A program made the translations under genes and the position numbers. Below are positions 1-8,880 of a DNA stretch of 64,000 nucleotides, in pieces. Every line of letters begins with the position of its first letter. Within the stretch, counting starts at the first letter, position 1. The notes beneath the pieces were generated by a model. It had not been told where the DNA came from and did no database searches. It saw only the letters and a list, made by a program, of their open reading frames with translations. Source of the DNA: Bacillota bacterium (GTDB lineage: Bacteria > Sysuimicrobiota > Sysuimicrobiia > Sysuimicrobiales > Segetimicrobiaceae); the NCBI GenBank assembly GCA_021324295.1, contig JAJPJJ010000088.1:24902-88901 (forward strand), in the 5' to 3' direction.

Positions 1-754
1 CCGGGCCGATGACAGCCGCCTTCGCGGACGCGTCCGCGTCGGCGTCTCCGGCGACGACCTGCGCCCCCTCGGCCTTCGACCCGGCCTGGGACGGGGCCGC
101 GGCCAGCACGGTTCCAGACTCGGACCCGCCCGACGGAGGCGGCGCGGACGGTCCCGGTGCGCCGGGGCCCGCGGGTGCCGGCGGCGCGAGGCCGGGCGGC
201 ATCGGCGGCAGCGACGGCGCAAGCGCTGGCGGCTGGGCCTTGGCGGCCGGCGGCGCGGCGGGCCCGCCCTCTGGCGCGCGCGCTGGAGGCGTCGGCGCGG
301 GCGGCTGCTGGGCCGCGGGCAGCTGCGGCGCCGCGGGTCGGTGCGCGGCCGCGCCGCCCGCGGGGGGCCGCGCGGGCGCGCGGTGCGCCGGCGGCTGGCG
401 CATCTGGAGCATGATCAGGAGCACGACGACCGCGCCGCCGACCAGCAGCGTGAGGCGCGTCCGGTGGATCCGCCTGCGGCTGGACTGCGTCGGGTCGCGC
501 TTCTGCACCAGCCCGAGGAGCCGCGACAGCAGGCCGGCGCGCTTCGCCTCGCGGCGCATGACCGCGAGCGTCGGGATCTGGGGGGCGTCTCCGCCGACCA
601 CGGCGTCCATCACGCGGCCGGCGAGGTCCGGGTTGCGCTCGGTCAGGCGCCCGAGCATGCCCGTGAACTCCTGGGTGCCCGGGCTCGGCACCTGCTCGGG
701 CTGGATGCCGAGCGCGCGGGCGATCTCCGGGACCAGGTCGCTCCACGCCGCCAT
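1..754 (-). CDS. Hypothetical membrane protein, partial: the N-terminus is in the window at about 754 and the C-terminus lies beyond the window start. It has a cytoplasmic N-domain, one TM helix, and a Pro/Ala-rich tail.
   Basis: Minus frame starting MAAWSDLVPEIARALG... has GC3-rich codons, a TM segment LTLLVGGAVVVLLIML, then a PA-rich low-complexity tail. This ORF is not in the ORF track because no stop occurs within the window. The plus ORF 9..1145 covering the same DNA is R/S-rich junk over most of its length. Confidence 0.4.
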   Translation of the reverse strand, partial: MAAWSDLVPEIARALGIQPEQVPSPGTQEFTGMLGRLTERNPDLAGRVMDAVVGGDAPQIPTLAVMRREAKRAGLLSRLLGLVQKRDPTQSSRRRIHRTRLTLLVGGAVVVLLIMLQMRQPPAHRAPARPPAGGAAAHRPAAPQLPAAQQPPAPTPPARAPEGGPAAPPAAKAQPPALAPSLPPMPPGLAPPAPAGPGAPGPSAPPPSGGSESGTVLAAAPSQAGSKAEGAQVVAGDADADASAKAAVIGP

Positions 755-800
755 CTCGCGCACAGCATACTGGGCAGGCGACTGGCCGGGAGGGGAACCC

Positions 801-1145
801 GTGGTCTGGCGTCTGCTGCTCGTGGCCGAGCTCGGGAACGCGTTCGACTGGGCGACGACGCTCATCGGCGTCGGCGGGCTGCACCTCGTGGAGCTGAACC
901 CGCACGCGGGCCTGCTCATCCGGGCCGTGGGCGCGCTGTGGGGGATCACGCTGTTCAAGGCGGCCGTGGGCTTCGAGCTCGCCGGCATGGCCGCCGCGGC
1001 GGCGTGGCTCGGCGCCCGCCGGGACGGCCGCGCCTGCGCGCTGTGCCTCGTCGCGCTCGCGGCCGCCGGGGCGCTGCTGTGGTGGGTCGCGGCGGCCAAC
1101 GCGCAGACGCTCATCCTGTACTTCCGCTCGACGGCGGCGCGGTGA
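801..1145 (+). CDS. Small hypothetical integral membrane protein, about 114 aa.
   Basis: GTG start at 801 preceded by GGGAGGGG. The hydrophobic C-terminal two thirds have multiple TM helices. Its stop overlaps the next start (ATGA at 1143-1147). It is the only sensible part of ORF 9..1145. Confidence 0.4.
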   Translation: MVWRLLLVAELGNAFDWATTLIGVGGLHLVELNPHAGLLIRAVGALWGITLFKAAVGFELAGMAAAAAWLGARRDGRACALCLVALAAAGALLWWVAAANAQTLILYFRSTAAR

Positions 1146-1780
1146 TGGCGGACGCTTTGTCTGTGCGGGACGGCCTCGCGGAGCTCGCCGCGGACGGCGC
1201 CTGGACGGCCGCGCAGCTCAGGGCGCGGCAGCGCGCGTGGGGGCTCCCGGATCTCGGCGGCTGCGTGCAGCGCCTGCCGGTCCGGCTGCGGCCCACGGCG
1301 TGGGCGCACCGCCGCGTCTTCAGCACGGTCGTGCAGCCGAGCGCAGCCGGGACGGCGCTGCTTCGGGCAGCCGGGGTCCGGCCGCAGGAGATCCGCCCGC
1401 AGGAGCTCGAGCACGCGCTCGGCCTCGCGGAGCTGCGCTTCCGATGCGGGGCGCGGCGCTGTGGGTATCATGCCCAGGACGCGCTCGGGCGCGAGCACCG
1501 GCGCGCGCGGGCCCTCGGCGGTGCGGGGTTCGGCGGGGCGGTCGCGGACGGGCTGATGCGGACGCCTCATGGGGTGATCCTGCTTGAGTACGACCACGGC
1601 CGGTACACGGGCGCGCAGGTGCGGGAGAAGCTGCGCGCCCAGCGCGCACTCGTCCGCTGGGACAGCGCCCGCGTTCTGGGGGCGATCTGGGGCGCGCCGA
1701 CCGAGCGGCGGGCGACGTGGCTGCGCGGGCTCGGCGTCGGCGAGGTCGTCGTGCTGCCGCCGGAGACGTGGCTCGGCTGA
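1145..1780 (+). CDS. Hypothetical protein, 211 aa, with no family I recognise.
   Basis: ATG at 1145 overlaps the upstream stop. It sits in the 341..1780 ORF frame. The segment VILLEYDHGRYTGAQVREKL is the only globular-looking motif. Its stop overlaps the next start (TGATG at 1778-1782). Confidence 0.4.
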   Translation: MADALSVRDGLAELAADGAWTAAQLRARQRAWGLPDLGGCVQRLPVRLRPTAWAHRRVFSTVVQPSAAGTALLRAAGVRPQEIRPQELEHALGLAELRFRCGARRCGYHAQDALGREHRRARALGGAGFGGAVADGLMRTPHGVILLEYDHGRYTGAQVREKLRAQRALVRWDSARVLGAIWGAPTERRATWLRGLGVGEVVVLPPETWLG

Positions 1781-2484
1781 TGAGCGGCCGGACGCGGCGC
1801 GGCGGGCGCGGTCGGTCAGCAGCCGGACGACGCCTGCGCAGCCTGGGCGCCGCGCTCGGAGGAGCGGCCCTCCTGGCCGCCGCGCTGGCGGCCGGCTGGT
1901 CGGCTGTCTCGACACGCACGGCCTCCGCGCGGTTCCCGTTCCCGTGCCTCGGGGTGGAGGGCTTGGCGCAGCACGTCCACCCGTGGCTGAGGATCGAGGT
2001 CGACGGACAGCCGGTGACGATCCCGGCGGCTGTGGGGATCGTGGATCCGGTCTACCGGAACGGCGCGGCGGTCGGAGGCGCGTGCTTCGAGCCGCTGCAC
2101 ACGCACGACGCCTCGGGGATCATCCATTTGGAGTCCCCGTCCCCGACCCAGCTGTACACGCTGGGCGACTTCTTCGCCGTGTGGCAGGCGACGTACGGGA
2201 CGGTCAGGATCGGCGGGCGGGCATTCCCCGTGGACTACACAGGCCGGGAGCTCCTGGGGCATCTGGAAAACGCTTCCAGCGCGATCATCCTGCTGGTCGA
2301 CGGCCGGCCCGACTCACGGGGGCCGCGCCTTCCCCTCAACGGGCTGGACTACTGCTCGGCGGCCGTGGGGAGGGAGCCGCCCTGCTGGCCGACGGCACCG
2401 CAGGATCCGTATCCGCCGTTCCTTGCGCTCCGGTACGGGACCGGGCATACGATCGTGCTTGTCTACGGGAGCACGCGTCAATAG
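1780..2484 (+). CDS. Hypothetical secreted protein, 234 aa, with a twin-Arg-like signal.
   Basis: ATG at 1780 is in the 1717..2484 frame. The N-terminus MSGRTRRGGRGRSAAGRRLRSLGAALGGAALLAAALAAGW resembles a signal or TAT leader. It is translationally coupled to the upstream gene. Confidence 0.5.
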   Translation: MSGRTRRGGRGRSAAGRRLRSLGAALGGAALLAAALAAGWSAVSTRTASARFPFPCLGVEGLAQHVHPWLRIEVDGQPVTIPAAVGIVDPVYRNGAAVGGACFEPLHTHDASGIIHLESPSPTQLYTLGDFFAVWQATYGTVRIGGRAFPVDYTGRELLGHLENASSAIILLVDGRPDSRGPRLPLNGLDYCSAAVGREPPCWPTAPQDPYPPFLALRYGTGHTIVLVYGSTRQ

Positions 2485-2518
2485 GCTGAAGGCGCGTCTC
2501 CGACGCCGGGTCCGCGGC

Positions 2519-3433
2519 CTATCTCGCGGCCGCGAGCAGCGCCCTCGCGGCGTCGCGCGGACTGGCGGCGAGCGGCCACGTCGACGCGGCCCGCGCGACG
2601 GCGTCGGCCGCTCCGCCGGGCGTCGTCACCATGACCGGCGCCGCGGCGCCGTCCGCGAGGCGCCCGCGCGAGAGGACCAACACGGGAGCGACGGTTCCGG
2701 GAGGCGCGCCGAGCGCGCGGGCGACCGCCCGCCGCGCGCGCTCGAGCTGCCGCGCCGGGCTCGGGTGCTGCGCGGTGCCGTGCCGGCTCGTCTGCGTCCA
2801 CACCTCCGGCCCCGGCGCGACCTCGCCGCTCCACCGCTTCGTCTCGAGCGCGAAGGCGCCGGTGGGACCCAGCACGACGTGGTCGACCTCGCAGCGCCCG
2901 TCGTCGTCGGGCAGCCGCAGGTCGTGCAGGACGACGTAGCCGTCCGGCAGCGCGGCGAGCGCGCGCGCCGTCTCGCGCTCCCCCTCGATGCCGGCGGCGA
3001 TCCGCCGCGTGCCCGCGACGGCGCCCGACGCCCGCCATCCAGCGGCCAGCGCGAGCGCCGCGGCGGCCGCGCTCTCCGCCGCGCTCCGCCACGGCGCGGC
3101 CGCGGGGAGCGCGCTGCCGATTGCCACTCCCGAGCCGGCCGCCAGCGCGATCTCCATCCCCGCCGCGATGAGAGCGATGCGCTCGCCGGTCCACCGCCCG
3201 AGCGCGGCGGCGAGCCCCGAGGCGCCGGCGAGGAGCCACAGCGCGCCCGCGAGCCCGCAGGAGAACGCCCACAGGAGCGCGCGCTCGCTGTGGCGCGCCG
3301 CGGGGCCCAGGACGAGCGCCGCGGCGAACATGGCGGCGTCGACCCACCGCCACGGGTTCGTCTCGAGGATCGCGAGCTGTCTGCCCTCGACCTCGCCGGC
3401 CGTGCGCCCCGGGCCGCCGATGATCTGCGCCAC
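2519..3433 (-). CDS. Membrane-anchored NERD (nuclease-related domain) protein, 304 aa.
   Basis: The N-terminus has about 4 TM helices. The C-terminal segment GYVVLHDLRLPDDDGRCEVDHVVLGPTGAFALETKRW matches the NERD signature (D-H-x-hydrophobic...E-x-K). It starts 4 nt after the upstream AAA gene stop. Confidence 0.7.
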   Translation of the reverse strand: MAQIIGGPGRTAGEVEGRQLAILETNPWRWVDAAMFAAALVLGPAARHSERALLWAFSCGLAGALWLLAGASGLAAALGRWTGERIALIAAGMEIALAAGSGVAIGSALPAAAPWRSAAESAAAAALALAAGWRASGAVAGTRRIAAGIEGERETARALAALPDGYVVLHDLRLPDDDGRCEVDHVVLGPTGAFALETKRWSGEVAPGPEVWTQTSRHGTAQHPSPARQLERARRAVARALGAPPGTVAPVLVLSRGRLADGAAAPVMVTTPGGAADAVARAASTWPLAASPRDAARALLAAAR

Positions 3434-3437
3434 CCGC

Positions 3438-5699
3438 CTACGCCTCCTCGGGATCCAGCCGGGCGAGCGCCCGGCGGACGTGCTCGATCGTGACGCGCGG
3501 GGCGTCCTCGCTCAGCGCGATGACGCCGGCGATCCGGCACAGCTCCCGCAGGTCCCGGCCCGAGCGGCCGCCGGTGAGCGCGGCGACCTCCTCCGGCGTG
3601 GTCGTGGTCCTCGCGGGGAAGTGGCGCCGGAGGATCGCCGCCCGCTCTTCTGGCCCCGGCAGCGGGATCGCCACGTGATAGCTGAGCCGGCTGCGGACGG
3701 CCTGGTCGATCGCGTCCAAGTGGTTCGTGGCGCCCACCACGAACACGCCCGCAGCCGCGCCGCCCACGCCCTCGAGCTCCTGCAGGAACTGGTTGATCCG
3801 CTGGGTCGCGTCCTGCCCCGCGCCGGCGGCCGCCGCGCCGGGATCTGGGCGGCGCGAGGGCGCGACGCCGTCGAGCTCGTCGACGAACAGGATGCAGGGG
3901 GCCGCCTCGCGGGCCTGCCGGAACATGTCGCGGACGAGCTGCGTGCCCTCGCCGAGCCACATGGACGTGATGGCCGCGCCGGCGAACGCCAGGACCGGGC
4001 GGCCGGACTCGCCGGCCACGGCGCGGGCGATGAGCGTCTTGCCGGTCCCCGGCGGGCCGTAGAGGACCGCGCCGGCGGGCGGCGCCACCCCGAGCTCGCG
4101 GCCGACCTCGGGGTCGGTGATGAGGCGGACGAGCGTGCGCAGCTCGGCCATGATCCCGGGCGGCAGCACGAGGTCGCTGAAGCGCGCCTGCGCGATGCGG
4201 CTCGGTGCCGCCTGCCGGGTCGCGTGGCCGCCGGGCTCGGGGCGGATGCGGCGCAGGGCCAGCTCGAAGTGCGCGCGCGCGACCGCGGGCGCGCCCTCGG
4301 CCAGCGCCGCGAGGCCCGCCGCGCGGCACAGCTCGCGCAGGTCGCGCCCGCTCGCGCCCTGGGTCATGCGGGCGACCTCCTCCGGCGACGCCTGGGCGCG
4401 GGCCGGGAAGATGCGCCGCAGGATCTCGGCGCGCGCGGGCTCGTCGGGCAGCGGCACGGCCACGTGGTACCCGAGGCGGCTGCGGACCGCGGGGTCGATG
4501 TCGTCGAGCCGGTTGGACGCGCCCACCACGAACACGCCCGCGAGCGGGCCGGAGGCGCCCTCGAGCGCGTGCAGGAACTCGGCCATCCGCGCGCGGGCGT
4601 CCTGCGGCGCTCCCCCGCCCGCCGCGTCCGCGGCGCTGCGCGCCGGCGCCGCGCCGTCCAGCTCGTCGATGAACAGGACGCACGGCGCGGCCCGCCGGGC
4701 CTGCTCGAACACCGCGCGCACGAGCTGCGCGCCCTCGCCGACCCACATCGAGACGAGCTCGGCCCCGCTGAACGCCAGGGCGGCGCGCCCGGTCTCGCCG
4801 GCGATCGCCCGCGCGATCATGGTCTTGCCGGTCCCGGGCGGGCCGTAGAGGATGGCGCCCTGCGGGGGCTCGATCCCGAGCGCGGCGCCCGAGGCGGGAT
4901 CGCGCAGCAGGCGGATGAGCGCCTGGATCTCCAGGCGGGTGCGCTCGGGGAGCACGATGTCCGACAGGCGGAGCGTCGAGATCGCCGCGGACGTCGGCTC
5001 CCGCGTCACCCTCGGCGCGAGCGCGGAGACTTGGCGGCCCGCCGGCGCAGGCGCCGGCGCTGTGCGCATGGCGGCCGCGCCGCGCGCCGGACGCCTCCAC
5101 GAGGAGAGCGCGGCCGCCGAGGCGCCGAGGCACGCCAGCGCGACGGGCACGAAGACGACGAGGAGCACGTCCCCGGTCTGGTAGACGCGGTGCAGCGTGC
5201 CGGTCCTGACCGCGGCCACCCACAGGGCGGCCAGGAGCAGCGCGGCATGCCCGGCCTGCCGCGCCTCCCGGCGGCGCGGCCCCAGCCCGCTGAGCGCCCA
5301 CGACGCGGCGCACCAGCACGCGGCGGCCGCGTAGGGCGCGGCAACCGCAGCCGCGGCGCCGAGGGCCGCTCCGCTGGGGTCGACGGAGATCACCCGCAGG
5401 GCGTTGATCCACTCGACGCACAGCGCGAGCGCGCCGAACAGCACCCAGGCCGGCGCGCGCGAGCTCAGCATGGAGAGCAGTGCCCACGTGGACCCGAGCC
5501 ATGCCGCGAGCACCGAGCCGATCGCCCAGGCGCTTGCCGTGATCCACTCGGCGCGGTAGCCCTCCAGGCGCGCCACCGCGCCGCGGTACGTCAGCAGCAG
5601 GCAGACGACGGCCGAGACCGCGCACACCGCCGCGGTGCCGCGCACCGCCGGCCGGACGGCCGGCGCCTGCCGCATCCGTGTCATCGAGGCGATCCGCAT
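3438..5699 (-). CDS. Membrane-anchored tandem AAA+ ATPase, 753 aa, with two classic-clade AAA modules.
   Basis: The N-terminal roughly 250 aa are hydrophobic with multiple TM helices. Walker A GPPGTGKT occurs twice. Walker B is LFIDELD in the first module and LFVDELD in the second. SRH-like segments occur twice. The two modules are very similar to each other, indicating an internal duplication. Confidence 0.8.
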   Translation of the reverse strand: MRIASMTRMRQAPAVRPAVRGTAAVCAVSAVVCLLLTYRGAVARLEGYRAEWITASAWAIGSVLAAWLGSTWALLSMLSSRAPAWVLFGALALCVEWINALRVISVDPSGAALGAAAAVAAPYAAAACWCAASWALSGLGPRRREARQAGHAALLLAALWVAAVRTGTLHRVYQTGDVLLVVFVPVALACLGASAAALSSWRRPARGAAAMRTAPAPAPAGRQVSALAPRVTREPTSAAISTLRLSDIVLPERTRLEIQALIRLLRDPASGAALGIEPPQGAILYGPPGTGKTMIARAIAGETGRAALAFSGAELVSMWVGEGAQLVRAVFEQARRAAPCVLFIDELDGAAPARSAADAAGGGAPQDARARMAEFLHALEGASGPLAGVFVVGASNRLDDIDPAVRSRLGYHVAVPLPDEPARAEILRRIFPARAQASPEEVARMTQGASGRDLRELCRAAGLAALAEGAPAVARAHFELALRRIRPEPGGHATRQAAPSRIAQARFSDLVLPPGIMAELRTLVRLITDPEVGRELGVAPPAGAVLYGPPGTGKTLIARAVAGESGRPVLAFAGAAITSMWLGEGTQLVRDMFRQAREAAPCILFVDELDGVAPSRRPDPGAAAAGAGQDATQRINQFLQELEGVGGAAAGVFVVGATNHLDAIDQAVRSRLSYHVAIPLPGPEERAAILRRHFPARTTTTPEEVAALTGGRSGRDLRELCRIAGVIALSEDAPRVTIEHVRRALARLDPEEA

Positions 5700-5797
5700 C
5701 GCGGCCTCCGGCAGACAGCGTACGCGGGATGTCGGGAGCCGAAAGGCAAGACGCGTTCCGGCAGCGGCCGCCGCGCCGGCCGGTAGACTGGCCGGCG

Positions 5798-6631
5798 ATG
5801 CGTGCGCGCGCGTGCGTGATGCTGCTTGCGGCCGCCGCCGTCCTGCGGGTGGGCGCGCCCGCGGGCGCGGCGTCGGCGGACGCCCTGCTTAGCGCGGGCG
5901 TGGAGGCCTACCTGCGCGGCGCTCCCGTCCACGCCCTCGCGGACTTCGCGCTGGCCGCGCGCGCGGCGCCCCGCAGCGCCCTCGCGGCGCTGTGGGCCGG
6001 CGTGGCCGCGGTCGCCGCGGGCCGCATGCCGGAGGCGGCCGCGTGGTTCCGCGAGGCGCTTGCGAGGCCCCACAGCGCGGCGGAGGCCGGCGTTGCCGCG
6101 GCGTGGCTCCGCCGCCTGTCCGTCCTCGCCGCGCCGCCGGCGCCCGCCAGGCGGACGTGGCTCGAGATCGCCGCGCTGGCCCGGGCGAGCAATCCGCGGC
6201 TCACCGCGGGGCAGGCCCGGTGGGTGGGGCAGGCGGTCGTGGCCGCCGCCCAACGCGCGGGGATCGACCCGTGGCTGCTGGCCTCGGTGGTGTACGTCGA
6301 GAGCCGGTTCAACCACCAGTCCGTGAGCTGGGCGGGCGCCGTGGGGCTCGGCCAGCTCATGCCGCAGACGGCCGCGGCTGCGGGCGTGGACGCCCGCGAT
6401 CCGTGGGGGAACCTCGTCGGGGCGGCCCGCGTGCTGCGGTGGGACTACGACGAGTTCCGCAGCTGGCCGCTCGCGCTCGCCGCGTACAACGCCGGCGCCG
6501 ACGCGGTGCGGCGGTACGGCGGGATCCCGCCGTACGCGGAGACGCGCTGGTACGTCGCTGCGGTGCTATACGTTTACCGGCAGAGTGTCCAAACCAGCAC
6601 GCCGCCATGGTATAGTGTGTTTGGGCAATGA
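5798..6631 (+). CDS. Lytic transglycosylase (SLT domain) with a signal peptide.
   Basis: Contains ESRFNHQSVSWAGAVGLGQLMP...AAYNAGADAVRRYGGIPPYAETRWYV. ATG at 5798 (MRARACVMLLAAAAVL) gives a signal peptide. The upstream part of ORF 5678.. is unlikely to be translated. Confidence 0.8.
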   Translation: MRARACVMLLAAAAVLRVGAPAGAASADALLSAGVEAYLRGAPVHALADFALAARAAPRSALAALWAGVAAVAAGRMPEAAAWFREALARPHSAAEAGVAAAWLRRLSVLAAPPAPARRTWLEIAALARASNPRLTAGQARWVGQAVVAAAQRAGIDPWLLASVVYVESRFNHQSVSWAGAVGLGQLMPQTAAAAGVDARDPWGNLVGAARVLRWDYDEFRSWPLALAAYNAGADAVRRYGGIPPYAETRWYVAAVLYVYRQSVQTSTPPWYSVFGQ

Positions 6632-6652
6632 GCCGCAACTGGAGGAGATCCT

Positions 6653-6892
6653 GTGGCCACTGCGCGTGAGGAACTGCATCGACTGGCTGACGTCCTTCCT
6701 GCTCAGGCAGTGGAAGAGTTGGCCGAGGTCGGTCGGGTGCTGGAGCGCCAAGCCGGTGCAGGCGAGATCGAGGAGGTCACGGATCCCGAGGAAGCCGAGA
6801 TCGTGCGGCAGGCGCTGGACGACACGGCGAGCGAACGCGATCTCGCGCCAGAGGAAGCCAAGGCCTACCTGGACCAGCGCCGCGGCGCGTAG
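6653..6892 (+). CDS. Putative type II antitoxin, 79 aa, acidic.
   Basis: Small acidic protein immediately upstream of a ParE/RelE-like toxin with a 3-nt gap. The family is not recognised by motif. Confidence 0.5.
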   Translation: MATAREELHRLADVLPAQAVEELAEVGRVLERQAGAGEIEEVTDPEEAEIVRQALDDTASERDLAPEEAKAYLDQRRGA

Positions 6893-6895
6893 CCG

Positions 6896-7222
6896 GTGGC
6901 AAGTGCAGTCCGGTTTGGGCGCGCTGCGCTCGACGATATTGCACGATACGAAGCTTGGCGCGGCCGCCAGAATCCCGGATGGCGCCCGATCGGCTCCGAT
7001 CTGATCGATGCGATTGTCCGGGTCGCCAGCCGGTATCAATCGTTTGAGTCGATCCCGGCGCCACTCCTTTCCGTTCACGGGCAGGCCGCACGGCTGAAGC
7101 GACTTCTCGTTCCTGTCCGCTCAAAGGTATTTCGCGTCTATGTGGGGCCGGGCCGCGAGCCCGGAGCCATCAGTGTCCGAAGGGTGCTCCACCCCTCGCG
7201 TCGGCCGATTGATCGCGGCTGA
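6896..7222 (+). CDS. parE: Type II toxin, ParE/RelE family, 108 aa.
   Basis: GTG start. The C-terminal segment KVFRVYVGPGREPGAISVRRVLHPSRR matches the ParE/RelE fold motif pattern (YRIxY...I.RI.H). Confidence 0.65.
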   Translation: MASAVRFGRAALDDIARYEAWRGRQNPGWRPIGSDLIDAIVRVASRYQSFESIPAPLLSVHGQAARLKRLLVPVRSKVFRVYVGPGREPGAISVRRVLHPSRRPIDRG

Positions 7223-7228
7223 GTCAAC

Positions 7229-7253
7229 GGCCGTCGCCTAAAGGCGACGGCTT
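7229..7253 (+). terminator. Stem-loop GCCGTCGCC-TAAA-GGCGACGGC, 8 nt after the parE stop, followed by only TT.
   Basis: Perfect 9-bp inverted repeat with a 4-nt loop, seen directly in the sequence. There is no long U tail. Confidence 0.4.
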
Positions 7254-7392
7254 GCAGCTACTCGTAGCCGAAGCCACGAGCGCCACATCAGGCTGGTTGA
7301 CAGGCAGCCCACCCGCCCCAGGTCTACCGGGACCGGCACGGTACGCGGCGGCGATGTTGCGGGCGGCAGCGGCAGTCCCCGCGCCTCGCGTC

Positions 7393-8880
7393 TTATGGTC
7401 TTGATCGGCGACCCAAACGATCGCCGTTCGCCCCGCCAGGCGTCGGTCCGGAGTGTGCCCGGCTAGCCGCGCGCCCCGCGGCCTCGATGCGCTGCGTGAC
7501 GGCCCCGTTGATGGAGACCTGCACCGTCATCGGCACGGGCCCGGTGATCGTCTGGGTGACGCGCCGGCCGGGCGGGTGCGTCTCCTGCGAGTCCGTGACG
7601 GTGGCGCCGTCGGGCCCGACCGCGACGACGCGGACGAGCTGGCGCGGGGCGCCGCCCGGCACCGTGATCCGCAGCCGGATCGTCGCGCCGCCGCCCGCGT
7701 ACCGGATGGAGTGCGACAGCCACCGGCTCTTCCACGAGAGCCCGATCGCCCGGAGGTCCTCGCGCAGGGAGGCGACGATCCACGCGGCCCGGAGCCGGCG
7801 GATCGCCCGCCGCTCCAGCTCGCGCATGCGGTCGGGCGTCACCCCGTGCCGCCCGAGCTCACGCGCGGCCTCCTCGCCGCCGTCGAGCCCGTAGCGGCAG
7901 CGGATCACGGCCTGCTCGACCGGGGGCAGGACCCGGCGGACCAGCGCGCGCACGCTCGACGCGAGGTGTTCGCGCGCGGCCGTGCCGACGAACAGCTCCT
8001 CAGGCGACGGCGACTGCGGGTCGGCCTGCGTGTCGGCCACGGAGCGCTCGTCGTCCTCGTCCCCGCCGTGCCCGGCGGGCGCCTGCAGAGACACGGTGTC
8101 CACGGCGCCGCGCAGGGCGTCGTGCACCGCGCGCGGGCTCACGCCGATGGCCGCGGCCACCTCCTCCGGCGTCGGGCCGCGGCCCAGCTCCTGCGCGAGG
8201 CGCGCCTCGGCCCGCCGGATCCTGCGCAGGCGCTCCACGGCGTGCATCGGAATCCGGATGGTCCGTCCCTGCTCGGCGGTGGCGTGCTGCATGCTCTGCT
8301 GGATCCAGTACATCGCGTACGTGCTGAACCGGAACCCGCGCCGCCAGTCGAACTTCTCGACGGCCTTGATGAGCCCGGCGTTCGCCTCCTGGATGAGGTC
8401 GAGCGTCGGCAGGCCGCTCCACCTCGCGGCGCGGAACGCCGCGCTCGCGGCGAGCCGCAGGTTCGACTGGACCATGCGCTCGAACGCCGCCCGGTCGCCC
8501 GCCTCGATGCGCTTGGCGAGCTCGACTTCCTCGGCCGGCGCGAGCAGCGGGTACGCGCTGATCTCGCGCAGGTACAGCCGCAGCGAGTCGTCCGCGGGCG
8601 CATCGCCGTCCGGCGGATGCGCGGCCGGGAGCGCCGCGGCGTGCTCGGGGGAGAGCGTCTTCGCGCCGAGCTCGCCGAGGGCGTCCACGCTCGCCCGGTA
8701 GGCCTCCGGGTCCACCTCGTCGGGGCAGGGCACCGCGGCCAGCACGTCCGCGGTCGTGACCGCCCCGCCGGCCCGAGCGCGCCGGAGCAGCGAGGCGGCC
8801 CGGGACGCGGGGGCCGCGCGGCGCTGCGGCTGCGCGCCCGCGGGCGGCGCGGTCACGCGCTGTCCTCGCTCCATCCCCAT
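7393..8880 (-). CDS. Sigma-70 family RNA polymerase sigma factor (regions 1.2-4) with an extra C-terminal domain of about 130 aa.
   Basis: Region 2 is DLIQEANAGLIKAVEKFDWRRGFRFSTYAMYWIQQSM. Region 3 includes RIPMH. Region 4 is LPPVEQAVIRCRYGLDGG...RMRELERRAIRRLR. A non-sigma tail follows, ...RLRITVPGG...TQTITGPVPMTVQVSINGAVTQ. Confidence 0.75.
   Translation of the reverse strand: MGMERGQRVTAPPAGAQPQRRAAPASRAASLLRRARAGGAVTTADVLAAVPCPDEVDPEAYRASVDALGELGAKTLSPEHAAALPAAHPPDGDAPADDSLRLYLREISAYPLLAPAEEVELAKRIEAGDRAAFERMVQSNLRLAASAAFRAARWSGLPTLDLIQEANAGLIKAVEKFDWRRGFRFSTYAMYWIQQSMQHATAEQGRTIRIPMHAVERLRRIRRAEARLAQELGRGPTPEEVAAAIGVSPRAVHDALRGAVDTVSLQAPAGHGGDEDDERSVADTQADPQSPSPEELFVGTAAREHLASSVRALVRRVLPPVEQAVIRCRYGLDGGEEAARELGRHGVTPDRMRELERRAIRRLRAAWIVASLREDLRAIGLSWKSRWLSHSIRYAGGGATIRLRITVPGGAPRQLVRVVAVGPDGATVTDSQETHPPGRRVTQTITGPVPMTVQVSINGAVTQRIEAAGRAASRAHSGPTPGGANGDRLGRRSRP

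Noticed and set aside
2626-5786. Very long ORFs 2626..5625 (-, 999 aa) and 2988..5786 (+, 932 aa).
   Set aside because: They are Arg/Ala/Pro-rich and low-complexity, with no motifs. They are antisense or off-frame shadows of the real AAA+ gene 3438..5699, as is typical of high-GC DNA.
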